Origin: Candidatus Poribacteria bacterium
Lineage (GTDB): Bacteria > Poribacteria > WGA-4E > WGA-3G
Assembly (NCBI GenBank): GCA_965205025.1
Contig: CBDBFU010000020.1
Location: forward strand, 64,001-128,000
Direction of reading: 5' to 3'
DNA length: 64,000 bases
A model generated the notes under the pieces. It was given only the letters and a program-made list of their open reading frames with translations, had not been told where the DNA came from and did no database searches. Within the stretch, counting starts at the first letter, position 1; each line of letters begins with the position of its first letter. This document shows positions 19,974 to 31,736 of this stretch, one piece after another. Position numbers and translations under genes: made by a program.

Positions 19974-21044
19974 ATGGCATCAAAATACCGTGTAGGAATT
20001 ATTGGATGCGGAGGAATAGCAAGAGCACATGCAGGTGGTTATCAGGGAGTTGATGAAACAGAGATCGTAGCACTTGCAGATCCTATCCAAGCAGCACTTG
20101 ATAACTTTTCAGAAGCCTATGGTGTTTCAAATGACAACTGTTATTTGGATCCAAGAGAGATGCTGGACAAAGAGAATCTTGACATTGTGAGTGTAGCAAC
20201 ATGGCATAAACTTCATGCCCCTATGACTATTGCAGCATGTGCAAGATCCCCTAAAGCTGTATTATGTGAAAAACCTATGGGAGTTAGTCTCGGTGAATGT
20301 GATGACATGCTAATTGCTGCACGGCGAAATAATGTCAAGATTGTTATAGGTCACCAAAGAAGATTTAATTCTGCATGGACGGATGCTCGAAATCTAATTG
20401 CTGATGGAGCAATAGGTGAACCGAGACAGATTGTCTGTCATGGTGGACAAGGGTTATTGAATGATTGTTCACATCTATTTGATATGATGCGATATGTATT
20501 AGGAGACCCTGATCCACAATGGGTTATTGGGAATGTTGAACGAAAAACCGAACGTTATGAGCGTGATATTCAGATTGAGGATAGAAGTGCAGGTATAGTA
20601 GGTTTCGAGGGTGGATGTATTGGAATGTTGATGCAGGAAATTGGAAGACCAAATTATCAGGGAGGAATAGTATACGGATCAGATGGAATTGCTGATGTAA
20701 CAGAAGGACGTGTACGTCTATTAAATAATAAAGCAACCGATTGGGAAGAACGTCCATCAGATGGAATTAATCAACATGTTGCACAAGCCAAAGAATTAGT
20801 GGAATGGATTGAAGATGATACTGAACACCGTGGTGCAGCAGTACACGGACGCGCTGCTGTTGAAATAATTATGGCGATCTATGAATCTGCACGGATGCAT
20901 GAAGTCGTCCAATTACCATTACGAACCCATGCAAATCCGTTAGATCTGATGATTGATAATGGAGACCTACCGGTAGAACGTCCAGGACGATACGATATAC
21001 GTGCTTTCTTATTACACGGTGAATCAATGAAGCCAAATGAATAA
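19974..21044 (+). CDS. Gfo/Idh/MocA oxidoreductase
   Basis: GIIGCGGIA, LCEKP, GHQRRF. Confidence 0.92.
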   Translation: MASKYRVGIIGCGGIARAHAGGYQGVDETEIVALADPIQAALDNFSEAYGVSNDNCYLDPREMLDKENLDIVSVATWHKLHAPMTIAACARSPKAVLCEKPMGVSLGECDDMLIAARRNNVKIVIGHQRRFNSAWTDARNLIADGAIGEPRQIVCHGGQGLLNDCSHLFDMMRYVLGDPDPQWVIGNVERKTERYERDIQIEDRSAGIVGFEGGCIGMLMQEIGRPNYQGGIVYGSDGIADVTEGRVRLLNNKATDWEERPSDGINQHVAQAKELVEWIEDDTEHRGAAVHGRAAVEIIMAIYESARMHEVVQLPLRTHANPLDLMIDNGDLPVERPGRYDIRAFLLHGESMKPNE

Positions 21045-21069
21045 TAATTTTTGATGAGAATTCAATACT

Positions 21070-22311
21070 ATGCAGATTACACAAGGGATTAGTGTTGGTT
21101 TATCTGCACTCCGAAGAAACAAATTACGTTCTGTTCTAACTACACTCGGCATTATCATAGGGATAGCCGCAGTTGTGTCAGTAGTTTCAGTTGGGGGTGG
21201 TGCTGAACATTTGATTCTTCTGGAAATGGAACGTGCTGGTGGCGCGGGGATGATTGTCTGTTTCCGTAAAGAATTTATACGGAGAGATGATGGCAGATAT
21301 ATGCGTAATAAAGTGCCAGAATTTATAGAATACGAGGATTTAGATTTTATTCTGGAATACTGTCCATCTCTGAAAACAGCAACCGTACAAGCAGGTCAAA
21401 ATTTACGGGTTTCCTATAGACATAGGAATCAATCTCTTCAGGTTCAAGGTGTTACCCCATTCTACCAAGATGTAAATAACTGGTTTTTTGAGTATGGAAG
21501 ATTTATCACTGAGGATGATATCAATCGTATTGACCCGGTCTGTGTAATCGGTTCTGAAGTTCATAAAGATCTGTTTGAGATGGAAGATCCAATTGGAAGA
21601 GAGATAAAAATTGGATCTGAGAGATTTACCGTCGTAGGTATCATGGAGGAGAAGGGGAATATGATGGCAACCGAGGGATGGGATAACCGTGTGATTATTC
21701 CAATCTCTACAATGCAGGCACGTTTCCTCGGTCAAATGAGAGGATGGTTAGTCCTCTTTGCTCAAGCAAAAAGTTACGATCTTGTTGAACAAGCTGTTGC
21801 AGAAATAAAAGTCGCCTTCAGACAACAGCATAGTGATGAAAAATACTTCGATTTCTTTACTGCTAAACAGATTATAGAACAGGTAGGAAATGTAAGTAAT
21901 ATTGTTCAAATCCTGTTGGGAGCAGTTGCAAGTATTGCCTTATTCGTTGGAGGTATCGGTATTATGAATATAATGTTGGTTTCCGTCACCGAGAGAACGA
22001 GGGAAATCGGTCTAAGAAAAGCCATAGGTGCAAGACGTCTGGATATTCTATTACAATTCCTTATTGAGGCAATTGTTCTAAGTATCTGTGGCGGAATAAT
22101 TGGGATTTTCATCGGGAGTGGACTTGCTACTGGTTCCGGGTGGGTCATATCAACATTCATGATAAAAGATGCAAACTGGCCAGCAGTTGTTTCATTACAA
22201 GCAGCATTAATTGCATTTGGGGTATCCGCATTTATCGGTGTATTCTTTGGTATATACCCAGCCAACAAAGCAGCAAGTCTCACACCCACAGAGGCATTAC
22301 GTCACGATTAA
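21070..22311 (+). CDS. MacB/FtsX-like ABC transporter permease
   Basis: LRSVLTTLGIIIG, GGIGIMNIMLVSVTERTREIGLRKAIGA, YPANKAA.L.P.EALR. Confidence 0.92.
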   Translation: MQITQGISVGLSALRRNKLRSVLTTLGIIIGIAAVVSVVSVGGGAEHLILLEMERAGGAGMIVCFRKEFIRRDDGRYMRNKVPEFIEYEDLDFILEYCPSLKTATVQAGQNLRVSYRHRNQSLQVQGVTPFYQDVNNWFFEYGRFITEDDINRIDPVCVIGSEVHKDLFEMEDPIGREIKIGSERFTVVGIMEEKGNMMATEGWDNRVIIPISTMQARFLGQMRGWLVLFAQAKSYDLVEQAVAEIKVAFRQQHSDEKYFDFFTAKQIIEQVGNVSNIVQILLGAVASIALFVGGIGIMNIMLVSVTERTREIGLRKAIGARRLDILLQFLIEAIVLSICGGIIGIFIGSGLATGSGWVISTFMIKDANWPAVVSLQAALIAFGVSAFIGVFFGIYPANKAASLTPTEALRHD

Positions 22312-22375
22312 ACTATATCATTCTATTAATTTCTTGATAATATAGAATTCGACGGGAACCGTTCCAACGGTTGAA

Positions 22376-23914
22376 TTACCAAGAATCTGTCCGGAACGGG
22401 GATGCTGGAAGTCCTTCCTTGTTAATCAAATTTGGTTCTGCAATTTGATCCCATCCAAACCTTACTGCCACTGGTGCGGTAACCGCTTCGCTACTTACAA
22501 CAACTGTATCACCATCTACAATTGCATTTGCTTTATAAAACTGCTTATCTTCACCAGCAATTTCAAACCAAGTTAGAGCAAGTCCGTCACGCGACATCAA
22601 TCCACTACCAACATGATCAAAATTTAAACGAATAGAGTCATCCTCAATTTCCATTCCTTTGTAGAGCGGACCTGAACACACAAGATCTTCTTTACCATAA
22701 GTCTTCGCAAGAGCCCATAAGGCAAGTCTTACCCCAACATCCTGCTTATTCCTTGGATGAATATCTCTGATATTTCCTACATCCGTAGTAACGACCATAC
22801 CAGTATTAGGAACAGATAATGTAGCAGCTTGTGCTTCCCATAATCTTGCTAACCTTGCAGTTTCATCTCCTTGCCCACCATAATTGAAAGGAGCAAGTTG
22901 CACAAAGTAAAATGGAAAATCTCCCTGGCCCCATACATCACGCCAACCATTGATGAGTGCTTTCATTTTTTTATGATAGGTCATACCCTCTGGCATATTA
23001 GATTCTCCTTGATACCAGAGTGCACCACGGATAGCATAAGGAACAATTGGGTAGATCATAGCATTGTATAGAGAGGTAGGTCTACCAGAATTCGTCAATG
23101 GATGCATATTTTCAGGCATCTGTATAATAGTCGTATTATTCTCAATTGCTTCTTTTGTTTCAGCAATCCATTCCTCTATTTCTTCTATCTTATCTGGAAG
23201 TTGTGATCTATAGTTGGTATTAATATCTTCGATTTCATCAGATATGGATGATAGTGCTGGAACAGAGTCAAATCCAACTTGTGGTGTCCACGGTTCAATT
23301 CGTGTTCCACCCCATGATGTGTTAATTAGACCAATTGGTATGTCCAACTCATTATATAGATGTCTCCCGAAATAGTATGCTACTGCTGAAAAATGTCTAA
23401 TATTATCTGGTGTGGTTGGACGCCACTGAGCATCCACATCAAGCATAGGTAAACCTGATGCTACCCTTGGGATATGAAATAAACGAATGTTAGGATAATC
23501 AGCAGCAGCGATTTCCTCCTGACTATTATTAGATGCATTAACTGGCCATTCCATATTCGATTGTCCTGAACAGACCCACACCTCACCAAATAGGATGTCA
23601 GATAATTCAATAGTCGTACTACCTTCAACAGTTAGTGAATACGGTCCACCTGCTGGAGTGGTAGGTAATGATGATTTCCAATTGCCCTTTTCATCTGCAA
23701 CTACTTCCTCTGATGTTACAATTTCTCCATCTGAATCTCTAATTAACGTAATTGAGACTTTTTCATTAGCATTTGCCCAACCCCATATTGGTACAGCCAT
23801 ATCACGTTGTAATACCATGTTACTACCAAAAACACGTGGTAGTCTTACCTCAGCAATAGCATATAGGTGGGATAACAGAAACATGGAACTGATTACCACA
23901 ATAAGTACTTTCAT
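22376..23914 (-). CDS. Sialate O-acetylesterase (SGNH)
   Basis: GEVWVCSGQSNM, WYQGESN, DIHP; signal peptide. Confidence 0.92.
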   Translation of the reverse strand: MKVLIVVISSMFLLSHLYAIAEVRLPRVFGSNMVLQRDMAVPIWGWANANEKVSITLIRDSDGEIVTSEEVVADEKGNWKSSLPTTPAGGPYSLTVEGSTTIELSDILFGEVWVCSGQSNMEWPVNASNNSQEEIAAADYPNIRLFHIPRVASGLPMLDVDAQWRPTTPDNIRHFSAVAYYFGRHLYNELDIPIGLINTSWGGTRIEPWTPQVGFDSVPALSSISDEIEDINTNYRSQLPDKIEEIEEWIAETKEAIENNTTIIQMPENMHPLTNSGRPTSLYNAMIYPIVPYAIRGALWYQGESNMPEGMTYHKKMKALINGWRDVWGQGDFPFYFVQLAPFNYGGQGDETARLARLWEAQAATLSVPNTGMVVTTDVGNIRDIHPRNKQDVGVRLALWALAKTYGKEDLVCSGPLYKGMEIEDDSIRLNFDHVGSGLMSRDGLALTWFEIAGEDKQFYKANAIVDGDTVVVSSEAVTAPVAVRFGWDQIAEPNLINKEGLPASPFRTDSW

Positions 23915-24036
23915 ATAAGTATCCTTTGTATAAGTTTAGAGTTATATAATACCATTTTCAGCAAATTGGTATTATAACATGAGTTTGATAATGAATTTGT
24001 TAATTTAGGTTATAACAAATTCATAATTATAATTCT

Positions 24037-25594
24037 TTACCATGAATCTGTCCTAAATGGAGAAGCAGGTAATCCTTCCTTATTAATCAGATTTGGTTCA
24101 GCAATTTGGTTCCAACCAAATCTAACAGCAATTGGGTTAGTTACAGATTGACTTATAACCATAATCGTATTCCCTTCTATTGTTGCTTCAGCATCGTGGT
24201 ATTGTTTGTCTTCACCTGCAATTTCAAACCAAGTAAGCGGTTCACCATCACTTGACATCAATCCACCACCCACATGATCGAAACTAATACGGATTTTATT
24301 CTCATTCACTTCAAAATCTTTATATAATGGTCCTGAAAAAACAACGTCGTTTTTTCCATAGTTTTTTGCCAATGCCCATAATGCAAGTCTGTAACCGACT
24401 GCTTGTTTATTCCTCGGATGAATATCATTTATTTTACTTATATCTGTGGTAACAACCATTCCAGTGTTAGGAATAGATAATGTAGCTGTTTGAGCCTCCC
24501 ATAATCTTGGTAGAACATAAGGATTTGGTTTCAATCCGCGTCTGGTGGCAATTCTATTGTAATTAAAGGGGTGCAAGCTGAACAAAATAGAATGGGAATT
24601 CTCCTTGCTGCCATACCTCTCGCCATCCGTGAATAAGCGCTTTCATCTTTCTGTGATACATCATTCCCTCTCTGACATTTGATTCTCCTTGATACCAAAT
24701 CGCTCCACGGATCGCATAAGGAAGGAGAGGATGTATCATATTGTTGTAAATTGATGTAGGTCTTGTATGGTTATTAAATGGATGGTTAATGACTGGAAGT
24801 GGTGAAAAAATCTCATCAGTTTTTAAAGCTTTCTTTGTTTTGTCAATCCATTCCTCAATCTCTTGAATTTTCAAAGGGAGATTCTTTCGATAGTTTGATT
24901 GCACCGTTTCAATTTCCTGGGATATGGATTTCAATGCAGGAACATCAGCAAAACCGACGGGTGGTGTCCAAGGTTCAATCCGTGTTCCACCCCATGAAGT
25001 ATTGATTAATCCAATGGGTACGTTTAAGTCTGTGTGTAACTTTCTACCAAAGTAATAGGCAACAGCAGAAAAATTTGGAATCGTCTCAGGAGTTGTCTCC
25101 TTCCAATCCGCCGTTACATTTTGCATAAGAAGACCTGAAGCCTTTCTTGGTACATAAAACAATCGAATATCGGGGTATTTTGCGGCAGCAATTTCCTTAA
25201 CATTGTCTTTAGATGCGTTGACAGACCATTGCATGTTTGATTGTCCTGAACATACCCAGACTTCACCAAAAAGTATATTCCCCAGTTTTAGAGTGTTATT
25301 TCCAACAACCTCAAGGGAATAAGGACCACCCGCTTCCATTGGTGGAATCTTGATCTCCCAATTTCCATCAACACCTACAACCGTAGTGAGCGTATGAATG
25401 GTGTCTCCTTCTTCTGAATTTAGTGTTAGAGTTATTTCTTCATTCGGAGATCCCCATCCCCATATAGGAACTTCCATATTCCGTTGCAATACCATGTTAT
25501 TACCAATTACATTTGGTAATGTAACATCAGAATAAACTACTACTGATGTTAACAGCAAAAAATAGAGTAAGAGTAATAATGTGAGTCGTTTCAT
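24037..25594 (-). pseudogene. Second sialate O-acetylesterase split by one frameshift (possibly a sequencing error)
   Basis: ORFs 24563-25594 and 24037-24585 join at QLAP/FNY if one base of the C4 run (24568-24571) is removed; collinear with the adjacent paralogue. Confidence 0.85.
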
Positions 25595-25597
25595 GAA

Positions 25598-27922
25598 TTA
25601 TCCTTCAATCAGTTGATTGTTAAGACGTTCAGCAAGGTAACTGTTTCGGTCCATTACTTGGTTATTCCTAATACAGATACCCAGTGCTTGTTTGGTACCT
25701 ACTATGATTACGCGTTCTTTTGCACGAGTAATTCCTGTATAGAGTAAATTACGTTGTAGCATAATATAATGTTGTGTATGAATAGGAATGACTACTGCTG
25801 GATATTCACTTCCTTGTGCCTTGTGTATAGTTGTTGCATAAGCCAAAACCAATTCATTTAAATCAGCCATATCATAGGCGACTATTTTTTCAGGAAATCT
25901 AACCTTCACAGTTTTCTCTACTTGATCTATTCCAGCAATCCTACCTATATCACCATTATATACGTCGTAATCATAGTTATTTCTAATCTGCATTACCTTA
26001 TCGCCAACACGAAAAGTATGCCAGCCTCTGACTGCTTGTTCAGTATTTGGATTAAGGGCTTCTTGTAAACGGTTGTTTAGGTTTTCTGATCCAAGACTCC
26101 CTTTTCGCATAGGACAAAGTAGTTGGATGTCGTCTATAGGATGATAGTTATAATGATTTGGTAACCGTTTTGAAATCAAAGCTATAATAAGATCTACAGA
26201 TTCTACATCATCTTCAGATTCAATAAAAAAGAAATTCCTATCTTTTGGACCAGAAAGTTTTGGGAATTCACCGGTATTAATTAGGTGTGCATTCGTAACT
26301 ATCATGCTCTGTTGTGCCTGTCTGAAAATTTCAGTGAGTTTTACAACGGGAATCTTCATTGATTGTATTAAACTATTCAGAACATTACCTGCACCTACGG
26401 ATGGAAGTTGATCAGTATCTCCAATTAGTATTAGTGTCGCATCTGAAGGAACAGCTTGCATCAGACGATTCATCAAGACTATATCAACCATAGACATCTC
26501 ATCCAATATCACTACATCCGTTTCTAAAGGATTTTCTCTGTTTCGTTTGAATCCATTATCTTGGGGTGAGAATTCAAGAAGTCTATGGATCGTCTTAGCT
26601 TCTTTACCAGTAGTTTCACTCAATCGTTTTGCTGCACGTCCAGTTGGGGCAGCAAATGCAATTGACTTATCAAGTGACTCAAACATATGTATCATTCCAA
26701 CTGTAGTCGTCGTTTTTCCTGTACCTGGACCTCCAGTTAATATCATGGCGCGTTCTGTGGCAGCTGTATGGATTGCTTGTCTCTGGTGTGATGCAAATTC
26801 TATTTTCATCTCTATCTGCAACTTATTCAATATAGAATCAATATCAATTGGTTTTCTATCCATTCCACCATTTGAGAGTAATCTGTGAAACTGATTAGTT
26901 ATTCCCATTTCAGCATAGAAAAAGGGTGCAAGATAGATTGCACCCTCTTCAGGAATTGATTGTATTTCATAAGATTCTGGACTTTCATCAATTACATCGG
27001 TTTCTTCGACAATTTCAATATAATCTGATTGTTTCTCAGTGATTTGTCCCAATGTGGCGATTCCAGAACCATCCAAAGATCTACTGTTTTCATCTAATAT
27101 CTCCGGTTGTCCACTCTCATCAGATAATATTATCTCTTCCTTAATTCTTAACTCGTAAATTCCTTTTTCAATAGCCTTATCTTCTAATTCAAGCATTTCT
27201 TGGCACGCTTCAGACAGCTCTTTTGAATTTTGAAACACATGCCCATCATCTGCTTTTTGACTAAGCACATACTTTATGCCGGCTTGAACACGGTGAGGGT
27301 CGTCTTTATTCATCCCAAGTTTCTGTGCAATTGTGTCTGCAGTTACAAAACCAATTCCATAGATATCATCTGCAAGTCGATATGGGTTTTCAGTTACAAT
27401 ATTTATTGCTTCATTTTGATATGTCTTGAAAATCTTTGCTGCATGAGTTGTACTTACATTATGAGACTGTAGGAATAGCATGACGTTTTTTATTTCACGT
27501 TGTTCTTCCCACGCATCCTGAATCATCTTGACGCGTTTACGTCCAATACCCTCTACTCCAGCAATCTTATCTGGTTCTTGTTCTATTACATCTATAGTAT
27601 CCATCCCAAATTTATTCACTATTCGAGATGCCATTTTAGGTCCAATACCTTTGATCAGTCCAGATCCAAGGTATTTCTTGATACCCGCAATGTTTGCTGG
27701 AAGTATTGTCTCATATTTATCAATTTGAAACTGACGTCCATATTTAGGATTATTGACCCATTCACCTTTTAAGATCAAACTCTCACCAGCATATACACTT
27801 GCCAGATTACCGACGATTGTTATGAGTTCTGAATGACCGCGCGCAGAAAACCTACCAATGGTATAACCGTTATCTGGATTTTCAAAAACTATCCGTTCAA
27901 GAATCCCATTCAACGTTTCCAT
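25598..27922 (-). CDS. recD2: ATP-dependent RecD-like DNA helicase
   Basis: N-term OB/HhH (KGIGPK), GGPGTGKT, DEMSM, TIHKAQGSE, LYTGITRA. Confidence 0.94.
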   Translation of the reverse strand: METLNGILERIVFENPDNGYTIGRFSARGHSELITIVGNLASVYAGESLILKGEWVNNPKYGRQFQIDKYETILPANIAGIKKYLGSGLIKGIGPKMASRIVNKFGMDTIDVIEQEPDKIAGVEGIGRKRVKMIQDAWEEQREIKNVMLFLQSHNVSTTHAAKIFKTYQNEAINIVTENPYRLADDIYGIGFVTADTIAQKLGMNKDDPHRVQAGIKYVLSQKADDGHVFQNSKELSEACQEMLELEDKAIEKGIYELRIKEEIILSDESGQPEILDENSRSLDGSGIATLGQITEKQSDYIEIVEETDVIDESPESYEIQSIPEEGAIYLAPFFYAEMGITNQFHRLLSNGGMDRKPIDIDSILNKLQIEMKIEFASHQRQAIHTAATERAMILTGGPGTGKTTTTVGMIHMFESLDKSIAFAAPTGRAAKRLSETTGKEAKTIHRLLEFSPQDNGFKRNRENPLETDVVILDEMSMVDIVLMNRLMQAVPSDATLILIGDTDQLPSVGAGNVLNSLIQSMKIPVVKLTEIFRQAQQSMIVTNAHLINTGEFPKLSGPKDRNFFFIESEDDVESVDLIIALISKRLPNHYNYHPIDDIQLLCPMRKGSLGSENLNNRLQEALNPNTEQAVRGWHTFRVGDKVMQIRNNYDYDVYNGDIGRIAGIDQVEKTVKVRFPEKIVAYDMADLNELVLAYATTIHKAQGSEYPAVVIPIHTQHYIMLQRNLLYTGITRAKERVIIVGTKQALGICIRNNQVMDRNSYLAERLNNQLIEG

Positions 27923-28043
27923 CTGTCTTTCCTACTCATACATTAACTTAGAACTAATAGGGTTTTGTCTCAAGACTGGATCATTCGGTAGGTCTTAATC
28001 AATATTCTGTTTATTGAAATGAAAATACCAATATACCGAATAA

Positions 28044-29288
28044 TTATTCAATGCTCAACATTAACTTACGAAACGCATTTAGTTGGGGTGGAATAATATG
28101 AGGTTCAGGCATATTGTCTTCTAAGGCTTCAATTGTTTTGAAACCATTACCAGTGATGGCAACTACGATCCGTTCATCACGACCTATATCTCCATTCTCA
28201 ATCAGTTTCTTGGTTGCTGCAAGTGTTACGCCACCAGCAGTTTCAGTGAAAATACCTTCTGTGGCAGCAAGTAATTGGATAGCTTCTATTATCTCTTCAT
28301 CATTCGCATGTTCACCAAAACCCCCAGATTTTCTCACTGTATCTACTGCATATATACCATCAGCAGGATTACCGATTGCCAATGATTTTGCAATTGTGTC
28401 CGGTTTTACAGGTTTAACAAAATCACTATTCTCTTTAAAGGTATTTACAATAGGACCACATCCTTCTGCTTGAGCTACATGTATTTTAGTCTTTGGTTCA
28501 TCAATCAAACCCAATATATGGAATTCTTTTAATGCTTTACCAATTTTTGTAATTAGTGATCCGCCAGCAGCAGGAGCAACTATATGATCTGGTGCTTCCC
28601 AACCCAACTGTTCAATCAATTCAAAACAGAGTGTCTTTGATCCTTCAGCATAATATGGACGGATATTTATATTCACAAATGCCCAAGGATGAACTCCAGC
28701 TATTTCGCTACATAAACGGTTTACATCATCATAATTACCCATTATACCAACAACTGTAGGCGCATAAACGAGAGAGGCAACCACTTTACCTAATTCTAAG
28801 TCCGCAGGGATGAAAATAAAACAATTTAAATTCGCAATGGCGGCATGGGCTGCAACAGAGTTAGCTAAATTTCCAGTTGATGCACAAGATACCGTATCAA
28901 AATTGAATTCCTTAGATTTACTTAAAGCGATCGCCACAACTCTATCTTTGAAAGATAATGTTGGATGACAAACTGAATCATCCTTGATATAGATATCCTT
29001 GACACCAAGTGCATCCCCAAGATTCTTTGCTCTAATTAACGGAGTAAATCCAGAATTTAATCCATCAGTGGGTTCACCATCAATCGGTAATAAATCAATA
29101 TATCTCCATAAGCTATCAGGTCCATCTTCTATCGACTTTCTGGAAATTGATTTCTGTATTGCTTCATAGTTATAATCTACTTCTAAAGGACCAAAACAAA
29201 ACTCGCAAACGTGAAGCGGCTCCTTCGGATATTTTCTTTCACATTCACGGCATTTTAAGCCTAAAACCTTATCCATTAACGCCTCCAA
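28044..29288 (-). CDS. thrC: Threonine synthase
   Basis: Zn ribbon CREC..CEFC, PTLSFKDR, ASTGN, EGSKT, ITGNGFK. Confidence 0.9.
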   Translation of the reverse strand: MEALMDKVLGLKCRECERKYPKEPLHVCEFCFGPLEVDYNYEAIQKSISRKSIEDGPDSLWRYIDLLPIDGEPTDGLNSGFTPLIRAKNLGDALGVKDIYIKDDSVCHPTLSFKDRVVAIALSKSKEFNFDTVSCASTGNLANSVAAHAAIANLNCFIFIPADLELGKVVASLVYAPTVVGIMGNYDDVNRLCSEIAGVHPWAFVNINIRPYYAEGSKTLCFELIEQLGWEAPDHIVAPAAGGSLITKIGKALKEFHILGLIDEPKTKIHVAQAEGCGPIVNTFKENSDFVKPVKPDTIAKSLAIGNPADGIYAVDTVRKSGGFGEHANDEEIIEAIQLLAATEGIFTETAGGVTLAATKKLIENGDIGRDERIVVAITGNGFKTIEALEDNMPEPHIIPPQLNAFRKLMLSIE

Positions 29289-29352
29289 ATTTATCTAATC
29301 TATAATGTTCATCATCAATCTTCTAAATCAAAAATTCATAGTTTGTATCGGT

Positions 29353-30756
29353 TCATATTGTCAATACTATTTCAAAGTCATTTTGTCCATGTTGTAAAGC
29401 AAGGCGGACGAAAAGTAGGTATTCATCTACCCATGTCACACTCTTCGCATTTGAACTTGCCAATTCTAATCCCAAATGATTCCCCCATATTGCAATACCG
29501 TATGGCATCGCTTTAGTAGATTCTATTGTGAAGGATAGATGCAAACGAGACCGTTTTCGTATAGGTCTAAATCCCACAACTTTTGGCAAATGATATTCCA
29601 CACCATGTAAAGAAGTTCCTTCAAATGAAACTCCTAATTCTGAATTTTCAACCACTGGTGGAGAGATATAATTCTTCATCTCCTCAGGTTCCATAATTCC
29701 GTCATAAAAAGTAAATTGACATTCAGAATCATAAAAGTATAGTGTTCTTTTTCCCTTTACATCCTCTAAATTATTTACTTCAGGTATTATTGATTCACTC
29801 TCCTCCGGTACATCTGGAGTGTTGTTATCAGGTGTATCTACAATCAAGAATGTGGGTTCAGTTTGTTGACAACTTGTCCAATATTCATCTACCATTTCTG
29901 AGAGTGGGAATACTTTAGTAATCTCATTATCAGTAACATAAGCGAAGTATGTATCAAGACGATCTAAGGATTCTTGTCCTAACTGTGATACCTCAATTGC
30001 GTTAACATGTTGGATATACCCTAACCAACTATTCCATTTCTCATTTTCTACATATACATTATAATTCTGAGTTAATGTATCGTTTATTAATGCTGCTCTT
30101 AGGGTGGCTGCTTCAGGAATAAGGTGGGAAATAGTATCGTAGGGTATAGCAGCTATACTACCGGATGTAGGTGCACTAAAATTATGTTGATCATTTGACG
30201 GATAAAAGAAACCGAAAGGACATCCCCTATCATCTTCGGCTAATGTATCTCGTTCATTCCAACGATAACCCCACAAGCCACGAAAACCTTCCTGTTCAAT
30301 CGCGTGAATTAAGACTTGGTTCTTCCATTCCGCACCTACTATACTTGGATTTGCCCATTCCAAAGATCGTTGAACTTTTTTCCATTGACTTCGAATATAT
30401 CCAGGTAATGTTTCGCGCATTCTAACAAGATGTTCTGCCACTAATTCGGGTGATGCTAAATGGGTTTGAATTGATATTTCATTCCCTTCATCTATATCTA
30501 TGTCAGAAATACCTGTCAGTTTCCTCCATTGTGAATCCCATAAAGTTTTTATATCAAGCATTATCAGGAAATCATCACCAAATTCATTATGCCATTCAGT
30601 TAATTCTTTAGCATGAAATTGAATATCATCTGCTACAATTGCCCATGTAATTGGTATTTTATACTTGTGTGCATAACCTGCTAAATGACGCATTCCCTCT
30701 CTAAGCTGCTGCCGTTCTTTAGATATTGCTGTGCATACAAGACCATAATATAACAT
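29353..30756 (-). CDS. Hypothetical protein (possible glycoside hydrolase/deacetylase-like barrel)
   Basis: Long ORF in operon context; IPITWA and GLWG..RGCPFGFFYPS segments; family not recognised. Confidence 0.55.
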   Translation of the reverse strand: MLYYGLVCTAISKERQQLREGMRHLAGYAHKYKIPITWAIVADDIQFHAKELTEWHNEFGDDFLIMLDIKTLWDSQWRKLTGISDIDIDEGNEISIQTHLASPELVAEHLVRMRETLPGYIRSQWKKVQRSLEWANPSIVGAEWKNQVLIHAIEQEGFRGLWGYRWNERDTLAEDDRGCPFGFFYPSNDQHNFSAPTSGSIAAIPYDTISHLIPEAATLRAALINDTLTQNYNVYVENEKWNSWLGYIQHVNAIEVSQLGQESLDRLDTYFAYVTDNEITKVFPLSEMVDEYWTSCQQTEPTFLIVDTPDNNTPDVPEESESIIPEVNNLEDVKGKRTLYFYDSECQFTFYDGIMEPEEMKNYISPPVVENSELGVSFEGTSLHGVEYHLPKVVGFRPIRKRSRLHLSFTIESTKAMPYGIAIWGNHLGLELASSNAKSVTWVDEYLLFVRLALQHGQNDFEIVLTI

Positions 30757-30764
30757 TCTTCTGA

Positions 30765-31472
30765 CTATTCTAAAAAAACAGTAACACCCATTTCAGCATA
30801 TTTTTCACGTGTACTCGGGTTACCATTTCTAAAGCAGACAGCAGTTGGAGAGTCTTCTAACTCCTTTACTACATACTGTACACATTCATCAACAGATTGG
30901 AGGGCATGATTCGGATGTCCTTCCATGCTGAAAGTCAAATCCGTTGGACCAAACGATAAACAATCAACTCCTGATTTAGCAAGTCGTCGCGCATGGGTAA
31001 CAGCTTCAATTGACTCAATCTGCATCCATAGCATTCCATAATTATTCCACCAGTCTGCATATTCTAATCGATCCCATCTGTCAGAGTTCTTCCTCGCTCC
31101 TCCACCCCAACTCCGTATTCCTTTCTGTGGATAGTAGAAAAAAGCAACCGCTTCATCAACGGTTTCTTCCAATTCAACTTGTGGCACCTCAATACCAGAT
31201 GGTCCTAAGTCGAGATAATTACCTATTAAGTAAGAATTTCGTGTGTGTTTTATCCTAAAGTTGACGGGTATATCTAATGAATCTGCCATATTACAGAATT
31301 CAACTAAACGATCTTCACTGTATGCAGAATGTTGACTATCTACTGCCACAAAATCATAGTTGCCATTTATTACTCTTGAAGCAAGACTGTCTGTATCTAT
31401 CATCATAGATACAGAAACCCCGTAAATATGCTCTCCATTTCGTATACGTTGTTTCAAGTTATTGTCTGACAT
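30765..31472 (-). CDS. HpcH/HpaI aldolase family protein
   Basis: DFVAVDSQH, LDLG..GIEVPQV, YPQKGIRSWG, QIES, FGPTDL. Confidence 0.85.
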   Translation of the reverse strand: MSDNNLKQRIRNGEHIYGVSVSMMIDTDSLASRVINGNYDFVAVDSQHSAYSEDRLVEFCNMADSLDIPVNFRIKHTRNSYLIGNYLDLGPSGIEVPQVELEETVDEAVAFFYYPQKGIRSWGGGARKNSDRWDRLEYADWWNNYGMLWMQIESIEAVTHARRLAKSGVDCLSFGPTDLTFSMEGHPNHALQSVDECVQYVVKELEDSPTAVCFRNGNPSTREKYAEMGVTVFLE

Positions 31473-31736
31473 ATCACACCCCCAGACCTGTCAATTCAAG
31501 AGTTCCGATTCTTTAGATTAGCTAAAATAAATAATAAAAATATCATTAAACAATTCCCACTATTATACCACATTTCCTTCTCTTTTCCAAAGACATTTAG
31601 GACTTATCAAAGTCTATACTCTCCCATTAGTTATAGGATATTATACTTGTAAAGATAGTCAATTAATGATATTCTAATACCTTTCAAGGACATAGTTACC
31701 AAAATAAAAAATTGCTAAATTCAAGGAGCATTACAA